DNA of 51,504 nucleotides from Thelocarpon superellum (lineage: Eukaryota). How positions within the stretch are numbered: position 1 is the first letter of the stretch; each line of letters opens with the position of its first letter. The stretch covers positions 1 to 51,504 of the forward strand of contig JAPEUG010000087.1 in the NCBI GenBank assembly GCA_026025795.1, read 5' to 3'. Of this stretch, positions 12,601 through 26,098 are shown piece by piece. Made by a program: the position numbers and the translations under genes. Under the pieces are notes generated by a model. The model was given only the letters and a program-made list of their open reading frames with translations. It had not been told where the DNA came from and did not search any database.

Positions 12601-15019
12601 AGACGTAGACGCCTGCCGGCGGACGCCAAAGATGTCACAGTGGGAAGAACCGCACTGTTCACATCACGGCCGCATGTCCGCCAGCGGCCCGAGAAACCTC
12701 GCGGCGCCCGCATTGAGCCAACCTCGACGAGCAGCTCGTGGCGCTGGCCTGCCGCAACTTCAGGGTCACGACGGCGGAAGAGGTTTTACGGTGCCCGCTG
12801 AAGCTCGCCGGTCGGGGAGCAGGAGCACCGGAAGGCATTGTGATGCATCAGAAATGGTCCCTGGGCGTCGAAGTGTCTTTCTATCTGTCGGAATGTCCTC
12901 CCAACCTCATCCCAGAGCTTCCACCACGTCCTGCACGTCGAGCAGGCACCGGGCCTGCCCACTGGTCTGCTCTCCTGGCGCTCGCTACCTGTTCTACCGC
13001 ATTGCTAGTGTCAGGCCTAATCTCAAGAAAGCGTCATGTGCCTGCCCGGAATAGGCGCCTCCGCGCGATCACTTTCACCCTCCTGGTCGTGCTTCCACGA
13101 CTTGACGCGGGCGGCGAGAGCTACTCCAGCCAAACCCAATTCACCTCTCACGCCAAACGTCCAGCTCGCAGCTTCTTTCCGATCACAAAGGCTCCACAGG
13201 TGCAGGCCGAATTGGGTCGCGCTGCCATGAGCAGCACGAGCCGCCGCCATTCGGAGTCTACGTGGAGATGTACAATCCTCGTAGCCACGAAGTCGAACAC
13301 GTCCCATGGTGGCACTAAGCCGTTCCCAGTGGCAATGGCCACTGCCGAAGAGGGTTCGCGGACCTTAGCCAGCTGACGGAGGCGACTCTCCCACAGCATT
13401 CGCCTGCACATGGACCCCTCCCCCTCTCCCTCTTGCGGCGCACCCGCGCCCGCACTCGTACCTTCCATCTCCATTTCCCGGTCCTTCGTTTGCTGGGGCC
13501 TGCCTTGCCCGTAGGCGATGCACTTGACGATCGTCTCACGGGCGTCCCGCTCCCGCATCTCTTGCAGCTTAAGCCTCCGCCGTAGCTACTCGGATCCCCT
13601 GTGCTCGTCATGGCCACGGTGGACGCATCGCCAATGCTCCTCACCAGTTCTCACGCTTGCTGACGCAGGCCGCGACCACGTCGCGCCCTGCCACAAGCGT
13701 CGCGGCGTCACTGCAGCCACCGGGGCCAGTTTGACGCATCACGCATCCCCATCCTGGCGGACCGCGAAGCGTCTAAAATCAGCAGTAAACGACCGTGACA
13801 TTCACCGTGGGTCGGTAGATTCAAGGCCAAGGTCCCAACGAGGCTGGCACGCCGCAGCGGGTCTGGCTCCCCCTAGCGGTGCAGTGCCTACCGCAGGTAC
13901 TTCGCAAATTTGGCCAGGTACCTCGACCCTACGTAATTGCTGCTGTAGCCGTCATTTTCTCGGCACCAGGGGAAGAGGAGTCGATCGATCATAACGAGGT
14001 CAGTTGGCGGGCTAGAGGGTCCAAACTGTGCGCGTGCCACAACCACATTTGGGATCAACCGCCTGGCCGTGTGTGGGCCTGGGTCCAGCAGCAGCAAAGG
14101 AGCGCAGCAAGCAGCAGCAGCCACAGCGCCAGCACTACGGACAACCACGACCAACAACCTAGTCGTAAGGTCCGAGTACACATACGACCACAAGCCCACC
14201 TCTGGTGCCCTTGGACCACCACCACCGCCGCCGCGGCCGCTCGCGACACTACTACTGGGAGGATACTCTGCGCTCACTCGCTCAACACTCGCCCTCTTCA
14301 CCCTCACGCTTCGACACACCCCATCCGCCCTTACTTCATTCGCTCTCGCCCACCTCCCATCCTCTTCTCTTCTTCGCCCTCCCGTGCCTCTCCCTCGATT
14401 CCCAACCTTTCCAAGTTACCCGGCCACACTTCATCTTCGCAATTGCCAACCCAACTACATCTCCGCCGTGCGCGCCCCTCCGCCCACTGTCACGAGCAAC
14501 CCCGCGACACCCGACGCTCTCCAACCGCCCTGCCAGGAGCCAGACTTACCCCCCGACCGGCACCTGAACCCACCCACTCCCGTCAAACTCTTCTTCTTCT
14601 CCTCCCTCGTTCCCTCCCTTTCTCTCGAGGCTCGCCGCTCAGTGACTCTTCGTCCGCCTCCGCCGTCGCTGGGGACCCTGGCGTGACTGCTCTCGATCCT
14701 GCATCTCCCCCTCCCGCCCCACTCGAGTCGCGTCGCAACCTCGCCGCCCGCTCAGGCTCCCGTGATCGACCGTCTTCCAGACCCGGTCCGCCGTCCTCGG
14801 TCTGCCCATCAGTTCGACCGTGCTCGTTCGGAGTGCTGCCCGTGTTTGAGTCGTCCTCCGGTCCTCCTGCTGTCTTTCAGCTGGACCACTCCTCCCGCCA
14901 AATCCCACGTAGACGCCGCCCATCACGGCCGACACCACGACTTCGACCCCACACTCTCGCCAGCTTTCTAATCTGAGTCCTCCCTTCTCTCGAAAATCCT
15001 CCGTTTTGGCTACATCACG

Positions 15020-16579
15020 ATGCAGCAGCCTCGACCATCTACCTTTTCCGGTCTTCGGATGGGCGGTAAGCTATTCTCCGGCAATCCTCGCGATTGAGCG
15101 GGCCTACTAACGCTTAGGGCCAGAGGTTATCCGCGAGAAGGTGCAGGATGGGTTGACGGGCGAGGCACGCGAGATGCAATACACCCAGTGCAAAATCGTT
15201 GGCAACGGCTCCTTTGGGGTCGTCTTCCAGACCAAGCTCTCGCCCAACGGCGAGGATGCCGCCATCAAACGCGTTCTCCAGGACAAGCGTTTCAAGGTGC
15301 GACACGGGTCCCCCAGACCTGTCGAGATAGCGGAGGCTGACCGGCTCTAGAACCGTGAGCTGCAGATCATGAGAATCGTTCGACATCCGAACATCGTTGA
15401 GCTCAAAGCATTCTACTACTCAAATGGCGAGAGGGTGAGTCCCCGCTGCAAGCCCCATCGTAGACGAGGACCGCCCCCACTGACCCCGTCCTATGTCCCC
15501 ATAGAAGGACGAGGTTTATCTGAATCTCGTCCTGGAGTTTGTGCCGGAGACGGTGTACCGTGCCTCGCGCTACTTCAACAAGATGAAGACCGTCATGCCC
15601 ATTCTCGAGGTGAAACTCTACATCTACCAGCTCTTCCGGTCTTTGGCCTACATCCACTCGCAAGGCATCTGTCATCGGGACATCAAGCCCCAGAATCTCC
15701 TCCTAGACCCGAGCAGCGGCGTGCTAAAGCTGTGTGACTTCGGGAGCGCCAAGATCCTGGTGGAGAATGAACCGAACGTGTCGTACATCTGCTCGCGCTA
15801 TTACCGGGCGCCCGAGTTGATCTTTGGCGCGACCAATTACACCACGAAGATTGGTAAGTCTCGCGTCCGCTCTCTCCCACCTTCGATCCTCACTCTCGAC
15901 CCGGCTGACGAGCTTCCGAACAGACGTGTGGAGCACGGGCTGCGTCATGGCGGAGCTGATGCTCGGGCAACCCTTGTTCCCTGGCGAGTCGGGCATCGAC
16001 CAGTTGGTGGAGATCATCAAGGTGCTTGGCACTCCCACGCGGGATCAGATCCGCACGATGAATCCCAATTACATGGAGCACAAATTCCCCCAGATCAAGC
16101 CGCATCCCTTCAACAAGGTGCGTCCATTTCCGCCCGTGGCGCTGATGAGAGATGGACCTAATGAATGATGGGCAGGTGTTTCGCAAGGCCTCTCCGGACG
16201 CGATCGACCTGATCTCACGTCTCCTTGAATACACGCCAACGCAGCGCTTGTCGGCGATCGAAGCCATGTGCCACCCCTTCTTCGATGAGCTTCGAGATCC
16301 CAACACCCGATTGCCGGATTCCCGCCATGCCAACGGGCCCATCAAAGATTTGCCGAACCTTTTCGACTTCACGAGACATGGTACGTAACGCGCCAGGCCA
16401 CGTGCTGACCGATGCCATAGCTGAAGCTGACGATGCACCTGGCAGAGCTGTCTATCAAACCGGAACTCAACTCGCGTCTCGTTCCCGCGCACGTCCGCCC
16501 TGTCCTGGTGGCCCGCGGGCTGGACCTGGACAAACTCGTGCCTATGACGAAGGACGAGATGCTTGCACGGCTGGACTAG
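15020..16579 (+). CDS. GSK3: Glycogen synthase kinase-3 (RIM11/Gsk3 family), 7 exons
   Basis: Motifs [42 protein letters not shown] and LCDFGSAK...[18 protein letters not shown]. Six canonical introns. The protein ends EMLARLD*. Confidence 0.96.
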
Positions 16580-16757
16580 ATCCTGCTCCATCAACGCACG
16601 CGGATGGCGACGACACCTTCACCTCTCATCACCCGTGGACCTTTCCTTCCGCTGTTGCTCCATCATGCTGCTCGGGAGACCTGCGCGCCACACACGGGCC
16701 GTCGATCCGTACTTGTCGAATGCACGATTCTGATGGTGGCGTATCTGGGCATGGGAC

Positions 16758-16781
16758 GATGGATGGATGGATGGATGGATG
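16758..16781 (+). repeat. (GATG)6 microsatellite downstream of GSK3
   Basis: Read directly from the sequence. Confidence 0.9.
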
Positions 16782-17996
16782 AAGGGGTGATGGGAATCGG
16801 CATGAAGATTACTGCGGATCATTCTCTGGCGCGTGGTCCGATATGCGTTTGAGCTATGAGAGCACGACCAACCTTCAACCTTGCGGAAGCGGACGAGGAA
16901 TCCTGTGGTGGCGGGCCCGCGGCGGTCCGGCCAAGGTGTCCGCCAGATTGTTTTATCTCTGTCGACCACGCCTCCGGCATCCGCTGGCGTGGAGAAGAGT
17001 GCGCGCGCAGTCGTTGGCGGGGCTCAACCGATGCCGGCCCGGTTACCTCTGTGGACAAATCCCTACCGCGCGTCGGTGGCAACCGAAGCACAGGTGGCTG
17101 AGGACTGCTGTCGAGATGCCCGGTGGCTCATGGCCTCTCACCCTGTTTTCTTTTGCTGCTTGCGGTACGACCTTCGTCGACCCTTCCCGACGGGCGCTTC
17201 CCCTTCCGGCCGCCGATGATGCTAGTCACACGGTGGCGGCACCGATCCCCCATCGTTGTCACGATCATGGTCTTTTCATTGGGTCCGAAAAGTCGCGAGC
17301 AGAATGGGATGGGTTGGATGCGATGCATGGGGTGAGCATGAAATTTGACACGGGCTGGGCCTCAAAAGATTTCGTTCTCCTTTGTCTCTTGCGCCAGCAC
17401 TAAGCGGTCTTGTTGCTCTCTTACGGAAGATTCCTTAGCCCGCTCCCGGTTTTTTTGCTGGTCCTGAACTGCATGTACGTGTTGATGATGCGCAGACGGG
17501 AGACCCCACTTCGAAATCCTTGCCTTCCCCCCCCACTCCCCTGAAGACCCAGGGTTCCGTAAACAGCAGTAGGAAAATTCAATCGGCTGCTATCCCTTTC
17601 CAATCAGCGAGGTACTCACCGAAGCAACGGTGGACCCGCAAAAGGCTGCGTAACCTTCTGTAGTACAGATCACTCTGCTGTGATTGCTCCTCTTGACGAG
17701 GGTCCAACAATTTGGCGGCGTTCTGGTAGGTCCCAGAGTGGTTCACGTGACCTGAAGCTACGTTTCTCGGACGTGAACTACAGGAGGATCGGCAAGCGTG
17801 ACAATCCTCAGGCGTTGATTTGAATCACATCCTTCCGTATCATCCAGCTTCGAAGTCTACGTGCAAAGCTGCTGAGAGGATCATCCACCCGGATTCGCCT
17901 TCCTGTGCATGTAATACTTCCACGTGGAGAGCACAGGTTGTCGGGGCCCCTGACTGTTGCAATTCGATTCCGCCGACCGTTGCGCATCTGCTCAAG

Positions 17997-20876
17997 ATGG
18001 CCGACTACGAACGACGAGGCCGCGGCGGCCGCGTTTTCAATCATCGGAAGCGGCGCTATGGAGGTAGGTCCTGCTGGCGCGTTGAAGCTCGAGAAGGAAG
18101 CGCGTCCTGACGTGACCGGCTCCCACCACAGACGAGGAAGACTTTGACCATCGACCACAACGACGGCGTTACGAGGAGCCGCTGGCGCTGAAGCTTCGCA
18201 AGCAGATGCTGACCATCGCCGAATCGGTGTGTGATATATGACCGATGCCGAAAGTGGCGTGACTGATCGCCTGCATAGCCTTTGAAGAGGCCTGAAGACG
18301 AAGTTAGTGCCATCGCCAAGATTGTGGCGGAGAACTACTTCGACGAGGAACTTCAGACGGGCTTCTACAGCCTGCTCCTGCAACTGTGCGTCATGGCTTC
18401 CAGGCTGCCGCTGGTCCCGGCTAATGTGGGACAGTGTCGTCGAGCAGCCATTCAAGATTCCCTTTGCAGCTGCCATCGTCCTCGTCGCCAACCCGAAAAA
18501 ACCCGAGGTGACGCAAGAGGTCCTGGTACGCGCGGGAGCGGCGGCACAAAAACACCTCGAGGCTGGCGCGTGGCGTGAATTCAAGCTGGTGTTGAGATTC
18601 CTGGCCTGTCTTCAAGGCTTGTTCGAAGATGCGGGAGTCTTTCCCATCCTGGACGAGCTCTTCTCGCGAGCCGCTGATATGCAGACCGCATCATCTGAGG
18701 ATGTACGTTTCATACCGCGTCCACGAAGACGAGGCTTACAATTGAGCGTAGGCACTGGGCTTGGAGCTGGTCAAGATTATTCTCTTGACCCTCCCCTACG
18801 TCCTCACCTCCCCACACATCAGCCCCGGCCAAGAGGCCTTGGTTTTGCTCGACAAGACGGACATTATCGCCTCTACCCCGCATACCCTTGAAGCATTGGT
18901 GGATCCCTACTCTGGAGAGGGAGGTGACAAACCGCGCGAGCCGGCCAGTGTATGTTCTTCCCGCATGAGACAAAAGCTGCGGAGTCACTGACGTTCACGT
19001 TCTCATCTAGCTCATCAGCCTGTTGCAGAAACAGCTCCAGAACGAGGCCACTCGGGGTTGGGAATTCGCGTGTATTCCCCGCGCCTGGAAGACAGCGGCG
19101 GGAGAGGACGAGGAAGATCCGTTGATCAATGCCCAAAAGCATCCCTTCCCGTCCCTCGTCGTCCCTAGCGTGGTGCACCAGGGATCAAAGCCCATCTTTC
19201 CCGAAATGTTCTTTTCCGTATACGCGGATCAACCAGTCGAGGTACGTCTCGAAGGCGGACATCAACGATCATGGCCGTTGACAAGCTTCAGACCGTTCCC
19301 CCGTTAACGGATGTGGCTTCGTCAATCCTTCGGGATTCTCTCGTGGACACGATCAACATCCTGGATTACAACCGTAATGCGACCGCCAAGTTCCTCATCG
19401 ATATGGACGGGTATTTCGCCCCCGGCACCTTTGTCAAGCGCGCGACGCCGTTTGATCGGCTGAAAGAGGTGGCGGGAGATCGATCGACATGGAAGCCTGA
19501 AGATGTAGCGGTTGACGCCGTCTTCTCCCAACTCTTCCAACTGCCAACGCCGGAGCACAAGCTGATCTACTATCATTCCGTCCTCACCGAGTCCTGCAAG
19601 ATTGCGCCGGCCGCCATTGCGCCGAGTCTTGGCCGTGCGATTCGGACGTTGTATAAGTACATCGACGTGATGGATCTGGAGCTCAGCTATCGGTTCATGG
19701 ATTGGTTTGCGCATCACTTGAGCAACTTTGGATTCACGTGGAAATGGACAGAGTGGTAGGTCGCCAGTTGTGGTATTGATCTCGCTCCACTCATCTTCGT
19801 TACAGGACGGACGACGTCGAGCTACCGATGGCGCATCCGAGGAAGGCATTCATGATTGGCGCGCTCGACAAAGAAATTCGTCTCAGCTTTGCCCAACGCA
19901 TCCGTGGGACGCTGCCGGAGCCATACCAAGCCTTGATCCCTCACGCCAAAGAGCAGGACACACCAGACTACAAATTCAACACAGAGGGTGAGTGACACGG
20001 GTGATGAGGCGACTCTCGCTAAGCAAGTGAACAGCCAATCCGTATTCTGCCGAAGGCAAGGAGATGGTGGTCTTGGTTCGGAAGAAAGCGGCCGACGATG
20101 AGATTGAGCCTGTGACGCAACGGGTTCACGAGAAGGCGGCGTTGGCGGGGGTGTCGGAGCCACTCCTGATCTCGACGGACATCTTCGTGACGGCCATCTG
20201 CTTCATCGGATCCAAATCGCTCTCGCACGTGCTCTCGGCCATCGAGCGGTGCAAGGAACGCCTATTGGCCATTGGGCCTCGATCGGAGGTGGCGCGCAAA
20301 CAGATCATCACGTCGGTGATGTCGTACTGGAAAGACCAACCCGGCATCGGCGTCAACATCATCGACAAGCTCCTCAACTACACGATCCTGACGCCCATGT
20401 CCGTGATCGAATGGGTGCTCCTCGAGCACAATGAAGCCGGCGCCGCCCTAACGCAGAGCCACATCTTCGAGATGGTCTGGACGACTGTCTTCAAAGTGAC
20501 GAACCGCGTTCGGCAGATCGTGGCGGCGCGCAACCAAGCCGCCCTTCCAGTGGCGCAAGTCAAGATCCTAGACGACACGCTGCAGCACGAACGACACGAG
20601 CAAGCGGCCATGTTCAGCGTGATTGACGACACGCTGCTGGCCTTCGCGCAGGGGTCCAAGGACGAGATGCTGGATGCGCCGTCGGCCGAGGACGGGCTGT
20701 TGCGCGCGTGGGGCGAACGCTGGCTGCGCGTCTTCCGCCGCAAGTTTGCCGTCGAAGAGGCCATGTTTATCGATGCCATGGCCGATGCCGCTGCCGCGAC
20801 CAGCGATGGTGATGAGGCTCACAATGGAGCTGGGGCTGGGGCGGAGACGGGGAACATGGAGGACGTGATTGAGTAG
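17997..20876 (+). CDS. CBP80: Nuclear cap-binding complex large subunit (CBP80/NCBP1/Sto1), multi-exon
   Basis: Basic N-terminal NLS (RKRRY). Conserved segments VEQPFKIPF, RFMDWFAHHLSNFGFTWKW, KEIRLSFAQRI and IGSKSLSHVLSAIER. Confidence 0.92.
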
Positions 20877-20983
20877 CGTCGTGGTATTCATTCAATGTAC
20901 TAGTACTATGGCATGTATTTTACACAAGAAAGGATCCTGCACACGCCGTCTGTGCCATTGACATCCGGTGATGAGAGTCGAGA

Positions 20984-23277
20984 TCAGTATCCGTTGACGG
21001 CTGCATCATCTCCATTTCCACCATCACCACCACCACCATCACCAGCTGCAGCAATGTCAGAGCGAAAGCGAGGATTATGCGCCGCCCTCCGTGCCAGCAA
21101 GTCACCCACAACCTCGACGCGGGCCTCCTTGCGTTTTTCGCGGCGCACGTAGCGCAAGAGATGCAGCGCACCAGAGGGCGTGACGCCCTCAATGCGACGG
21201 GCCTGGCCGACGGACTCGGGGCGCGTGTGGCGCAGCAGTGCCCGTTCCTCCGTCGACAGGCCCGCGATGGCGCCGTAGTCGAGACCGCTGTCAAGGCGCA
21301 GGTTCTCGTCGCGCTGGAAGGCGCGGATCGCGGACCGCTGCTGCGTGATGTACGGCTCGTAGATCGCTTCGATCGTCACGCGTGATTGGGCACGGGCGGA
21401 GAAGGTGGCGATGCCGGGGATGTGTGCGGTGAGATTCGTCGTGCTCACGCCCGGTAGGCGGAGCAGGTCCAGTCCTGTTCGTAAAGTGGAGTCGCTGTTG
21501 ACTTGGTAGCCGAGGCCGCGCCATGTAGGTGCCGGGCGTCGGGTTGAGGTCAGCAGTTCCGTGAGCGTGTCCATCTCGGCGACCTGGTCGCGGAAGTGGC
21601 GCCATCGCGTCGAGCTCACGACGCCTGCTTCGTGCCCCTTGCCTGTCAGCCGCAGGTCGGCGTTGTCGGCGCGCGAGCTCATGCGGAATTCGCTGCGCGA
21701 GGTGAACATTCGATACGGCTCCGACACCCCTTTGGTGATGAGGTCGTCGATCATGATGCCGATGTAGCCGTCACTTCGGGAGAGTATCATCTCCGGCTTT
21801 CCTTGCGACGCGAGACCTGCGTTGATCCCGGCGATGATCCCCTGCGCTGCCGCTTCCTCGTAGCCTGTCGTGCCGTTGATCTGGCCCGCGAGGAAGAGCC
21901 CTTTGATGGCTTTCGATTGCAGCGATGCCCTGAGACCACGCGGATCCACATAGTCGTACTCCACGCCGTATCCGGGTTGGATCATCTTCACGTTTTCTAG
22001 GCCCCGGATCGTCTTCAACAACTGTTCTTGCGCATCCGCCGGAACCGTCATGGAGATTCCATTCGGATAGACCACGTCTGTATCGAAGCCCTCCGGCTCG
22101 AGCCAGATGATGTGTTTGCTCTTATCTTGAAATCGAATCACCTTGGATTCCAGCGACGGACAGTATCGTGGACCTTTGACAGTCTCGCGGATATGAATCG
22201 ACTTGTCAAGATTGGCACGGATAATGGCGTGCGCCGCTTCGTTCGTGTGAGTGCCGTAGCAGGTCAGTTGATCCTTGACCGCCACCTCATCGCTGAGATA
22301 GCTGAACGGTGTCGGAGGGCTGTCCCCTGGCTGGGCCTCCAAAACTCCAAAATCAATCGTCCGGCCATCTAGTCGTGGCGGTGTCCCCGTCTTCAGCCGG
22401 CCGAGCCGGAATCCGGCGTCTCGAAGAGATTTGCTGAGACCGAATGTGGCCTCTTCGCCCATTCTGCCCGAGGGGAAGACGTCCAGCCCTGGCCCAGGTT
22501 AGTCTAGGTTCAGGGCGGTGTTGGAATGCAATCCTACCAATATGTATCTCGCCCCCAAGAAACGTCCCAGTCGTGATGACCACATGGTTGGTTGGAATCA
22601 CTTCTCCCGCTTCCAGCCGTACCCCGGTGATCCGTCGACGAGCTCCCTCATACTCCGGATCTCCATCTACATCTTCTTGGACCACAATGTCGGCAACCTT
22701 GCCCTCGAGAATAGAGACGTTAGGATAGGCTACCAGTTCCGCTTGCATGTGCTTTTTGTACAGCTGTCGATCAATCTGTGCTCGAGGTCCCTGGTCTTTC
22801 GTCAGCGTCCGTTGTCATGGTCATCCGTCATGAGCTGCCTACCCAGACTGCCGGTCCTTTCTTTGTGTTGAGAACGCGGAAATGAACGCCGGCCTTATCT
22901 ACAATCCTACCGCAGAGGCCGTCCAGCGCATCAATCTCTCGGATAATGGTGCCTTTCCCGATGCCTCCGAAGCTCGGATTGCACGAGCAAACCCCGATAT
23001 TGTCGAGCTTGGGAGTCACCAATGCCGTTCGCGCACCAGCGCGGGCTGCCCCTGCGCTGGCTTCAGATCCAGCATGACCACCTCCAATCACCACGACATC
23101 GTACGGCCTGGTTATGGATCTGCGTTAGCTCGGGATAGACCAGCCATGGTGACGAGAGGCGTACCGGGCGTCGTGTGATACGGTGGCAAAGCGCCTTCGA
23201 GCGAGTCTGATAGACCGGGCCCGAGGGCTATGGCCCCACAGCCACCGCACCGCCTTGCCACAACCTGCTGTAGCCAT
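20984..23277 (-). CDS. MTO1: Mitochondrial tRNA U34 carboxymethylaminomethyl modification enzyme (GidA/MnmG family), 4 exons
   Basis: Arg-rich presequence. Motifs [75 protein letters not shown] and [13 protein letters not shown]. Confidence 0.95.
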
Positions 23278-23579
23278 GACGGATTTGTCGTGATGGGAAT
23301 CGTAGGTCGTCGCCTTGTCGCCCGATAGCCTGAAATTCCAACGTATCAAAGGATCGATTACATAAGCAAATCTCGACTTCACAACGTCCCGGAGGTGAAC
23401 TTCCCCCTTTCCCCTTGTACCACGAGACTGGCCATCTATTATTTGCATCTCAATCCGAGACTCTATACGTATCAAGCTCCGCTTGCTGGGAGAGATACTT
23501 TCTGGTCATGTCCTATGTACAGCGAACGAGACCGGCTACAGGAGTCGACCCCTTTGCCGGTCCATCCCTGGATCATCCG

Positions 23580-25569
23580 TCACGGTAGCTGCGCCATCTC
23601 TTCCAGAAACGTCGCGCTATTGTGCACGGTCGTTCCGCCCAAGACCACCCGAACTCCTGGCGAGCTTGCATTGACCTGGGCCACCATCTTGGCCTCTTCA
23701 AATGTCACCCCGCCCACGATGAAGATGACGATATCCTGGGGCTTGTCTCTTGTCGTGCCCCCGCCTTCGACGAAGGGATATTGCTGGTCGCGAAGTCGTC
23801 CTTTGATCAGGTTTTGCAAGGTCAGCTCGAGCCGCGGCGAGTGTTGCGTGTAGACATTTTCCACCCCCTTAAGCCCTTTAAATCGCTGGCGTGCCCCCGA
23901 GAAAATGGATGACGACTCGAAGAGGTCGGACAGGCCACCTGCCGCGGGAGCCGACTGTAGAGAGTGGTGATAGGCGAGAAGCTTAGGAATGAGGCCGACT
24001 CGATTCTGCGGAACCTTTCCCGCTGCTGAGAGCAAGTCGAGAAGTAGAGCCAGGGCATTGGATGGATGTCGCTCGTACCGCAGCGAGTACAGCGCCACCA
24101 GTCGTAACTTGTTGTCCGCCGGCACGTCACGGGACTGGATCAAGCGTTGGAGATTCTGAAGCAGCTGTCAGCGGTTACCTCTTCTTGATAGCCCTGTCTT
24201 GCCCGCTCTCCACGTACCTTGAGATCGTTGTTGTGGTTGTCGTTACATGCTAAGCTCTGCTCCATCTCACTGACTTCTAAGAGGCTCTCTTGCCCCACAC
24301 GACGGCTCAACTCCCCAACCAAAGTGACGTGTTTGCTCACGTTGCCCGATAGCTTTCGAAATTCTGGATAATCTTCCACGAACCGTTTCATGTCCCCAAT
24401 AGATTCGATGTTGGTGCTGCTCTTGGTTTTGGACTGATACTGTTCCACATAGTCCTTGATGTTCCCGCCGAGGTCCCCGAAGTTCATGTACATGTTCTTC
24501 TTGAAAAAGGGGTCTTGGTCTTGCGCTAGCACAATTTGCTATTTAAGCATTAGTTCTCCAATCACGGCATCACTTGAAGTGGGGTTGGCGGACCTTTAGC
24601 TCGGGCCGGACGTCGGGGACCTCGCTCAGATTCACCTTTCCGTTGTCGATTCCGAGCAGTTCATGTACCATGGCCTGGTAGGTCCATTGGGTCAAGAGCG
24701 GCGTGATCGGGTCATCCCGCCGATCCAGGATGAGGAGGATCGGAGGCGTATCGGTCTTGCGAAAATCAAACAGCTGCTCCTCTTGCGTCATATGATATCG
24801 CACTTCCGTCGCCAGCTTCTTTGCGAGCAAACTATTCTTCTCATATCGGATCAACGGCCGCTTCTTCAGCGACAACAAGAGCGCCAAGACACCCTCGGTC
24901 GACCGTTGCAGCGCGTCCGAGTTCCATAAGTCCGGACTGCTGCCCCATAAACGGTATTTGGGATAGGCCAGGTTGAGTGCGAATAAGTCGGGGTTGACGA
25001 CGATGTAGTCGGCGAAATGCTCCTGCACTTGCCGCACCACTTCATGATCATCGGCCTCGGCCAGTCGCTCAAGGGACGACTTCCGAATCACGTTGCTGAA
25101 ATCTGAAGCGGTTAGGGCGGACCGTGCGGGAACTGCGGGATCTTCCACATACAGATGTAGTAGTCTCCGTATCTGGGGTCCCGAAACTCGTCGATCAGGA
25201 ATTGGACGGACTCGGGCGACGGACGGACAAAGCAGAGGCAGCGCAGGTGTCGCATCTTCTCGCGTGCTTGGTTATCCAGCCGACTTTTGCCGTGGTCAGC
25301 GACAGCGAGACTGGTGATAGCAGACGACATACTCAATCAAATATACCTCGTGATTGAGGAGAGTGGATTGGGTGATGGCGGTCGACACAATCGAGACCTG
25401 TACCGCCGTCAGAGTCTGCTTTACGTGTGTTCCCGTCGCTGTTTAGTAGACCCACCGTCTCACTGTCGAGCAATAAGATCTTCATCTTGGCTGACGGGGT
25501 CCCGGACGCCCCGTCGCCCGTGGCCACCATCTTCGAGACATAGCCCGAGACGGCGAGCAGCACGTCCAT
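23580..25569 (-). CDS. VPS45: Sec1/Munc18-family vacuolar protein sorting protein 45, 6 exons
   Basis: Motifs MKILLLDSET, MRHLRCLCFVRPS, LILDRRDDPITPLLTQWTYQAMVHELLGI, SGNVSKHVTLVGELS and ENVYTQHSP. Confidence 0.94.
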
Positions 25570-26098
25570 GGTGTGACGGGGCCAGAGTCACCTCCTAATA
25601 CTTCTGGAGTCACCTCCCTCGCGGCGAGCGCAATTATCGGCTCATGGCTGGTGCTTCAGTACGTGCGAGGTGTGGTGGGCCGCCTGCGTCACGTTCTCTA
25701 CAGCGGGGCAGATGGGTTGTCCATAGGAGTGGGAGGACTGACTGCCTGGAGCTCGGTAGCTGCGGTGCTATTCTCCCGTTAGACGATCGTGGGGGACCCT
25801 GGCAATGTGGCACTTGAGCGTGGACGTCGGCCGTGCTTCAGGTGATGATTCGATTCGCCTAGAGCTCGGAGCTAGGCGGAAGCGCAGGGATCCCCGTCAG
25901 ATGTCCACACTGCCTGATGACGGCGAAGTCCGAAGCACGGCTCCGGCTATGATCCAAAGCACTTGCTCCAGCATCACTCGTCACCTTCTGCCCGGCCTCC
26001 CGCCGCGATAGAGCGTCCAAAGGTCACATCAATGCCTTGCATGGAGCATCTCCCTACCCACCTCACTTTCGTCGTGTCATAACTCTGGGACGGGCACC

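Noticed and set aside
11933..13994. Several 130-240 aa ORFs on both strands in the TOM40-GSK3 gap
   Set aside because: They overlap each other, are Arg/Pro/Ala/Ser-rich and show no domain motifs. This is expected in high-GC non-coding DNA.
14069..14971. Non-AUG N-terminal extension of GSK3 (ORF 14069-14686 is in the GSK3 frame)
   Set aside because: In-frame stops lie at 14684 and 14969, and there is no credible 3' splice site between 14971 and the ATG.
17483..17546. TGATGA...CTGA pair resembling a C/D snoRNA
   Set aside because: It has no terminal stem or recognisable rRNA guide, and such motifs occur by chance.
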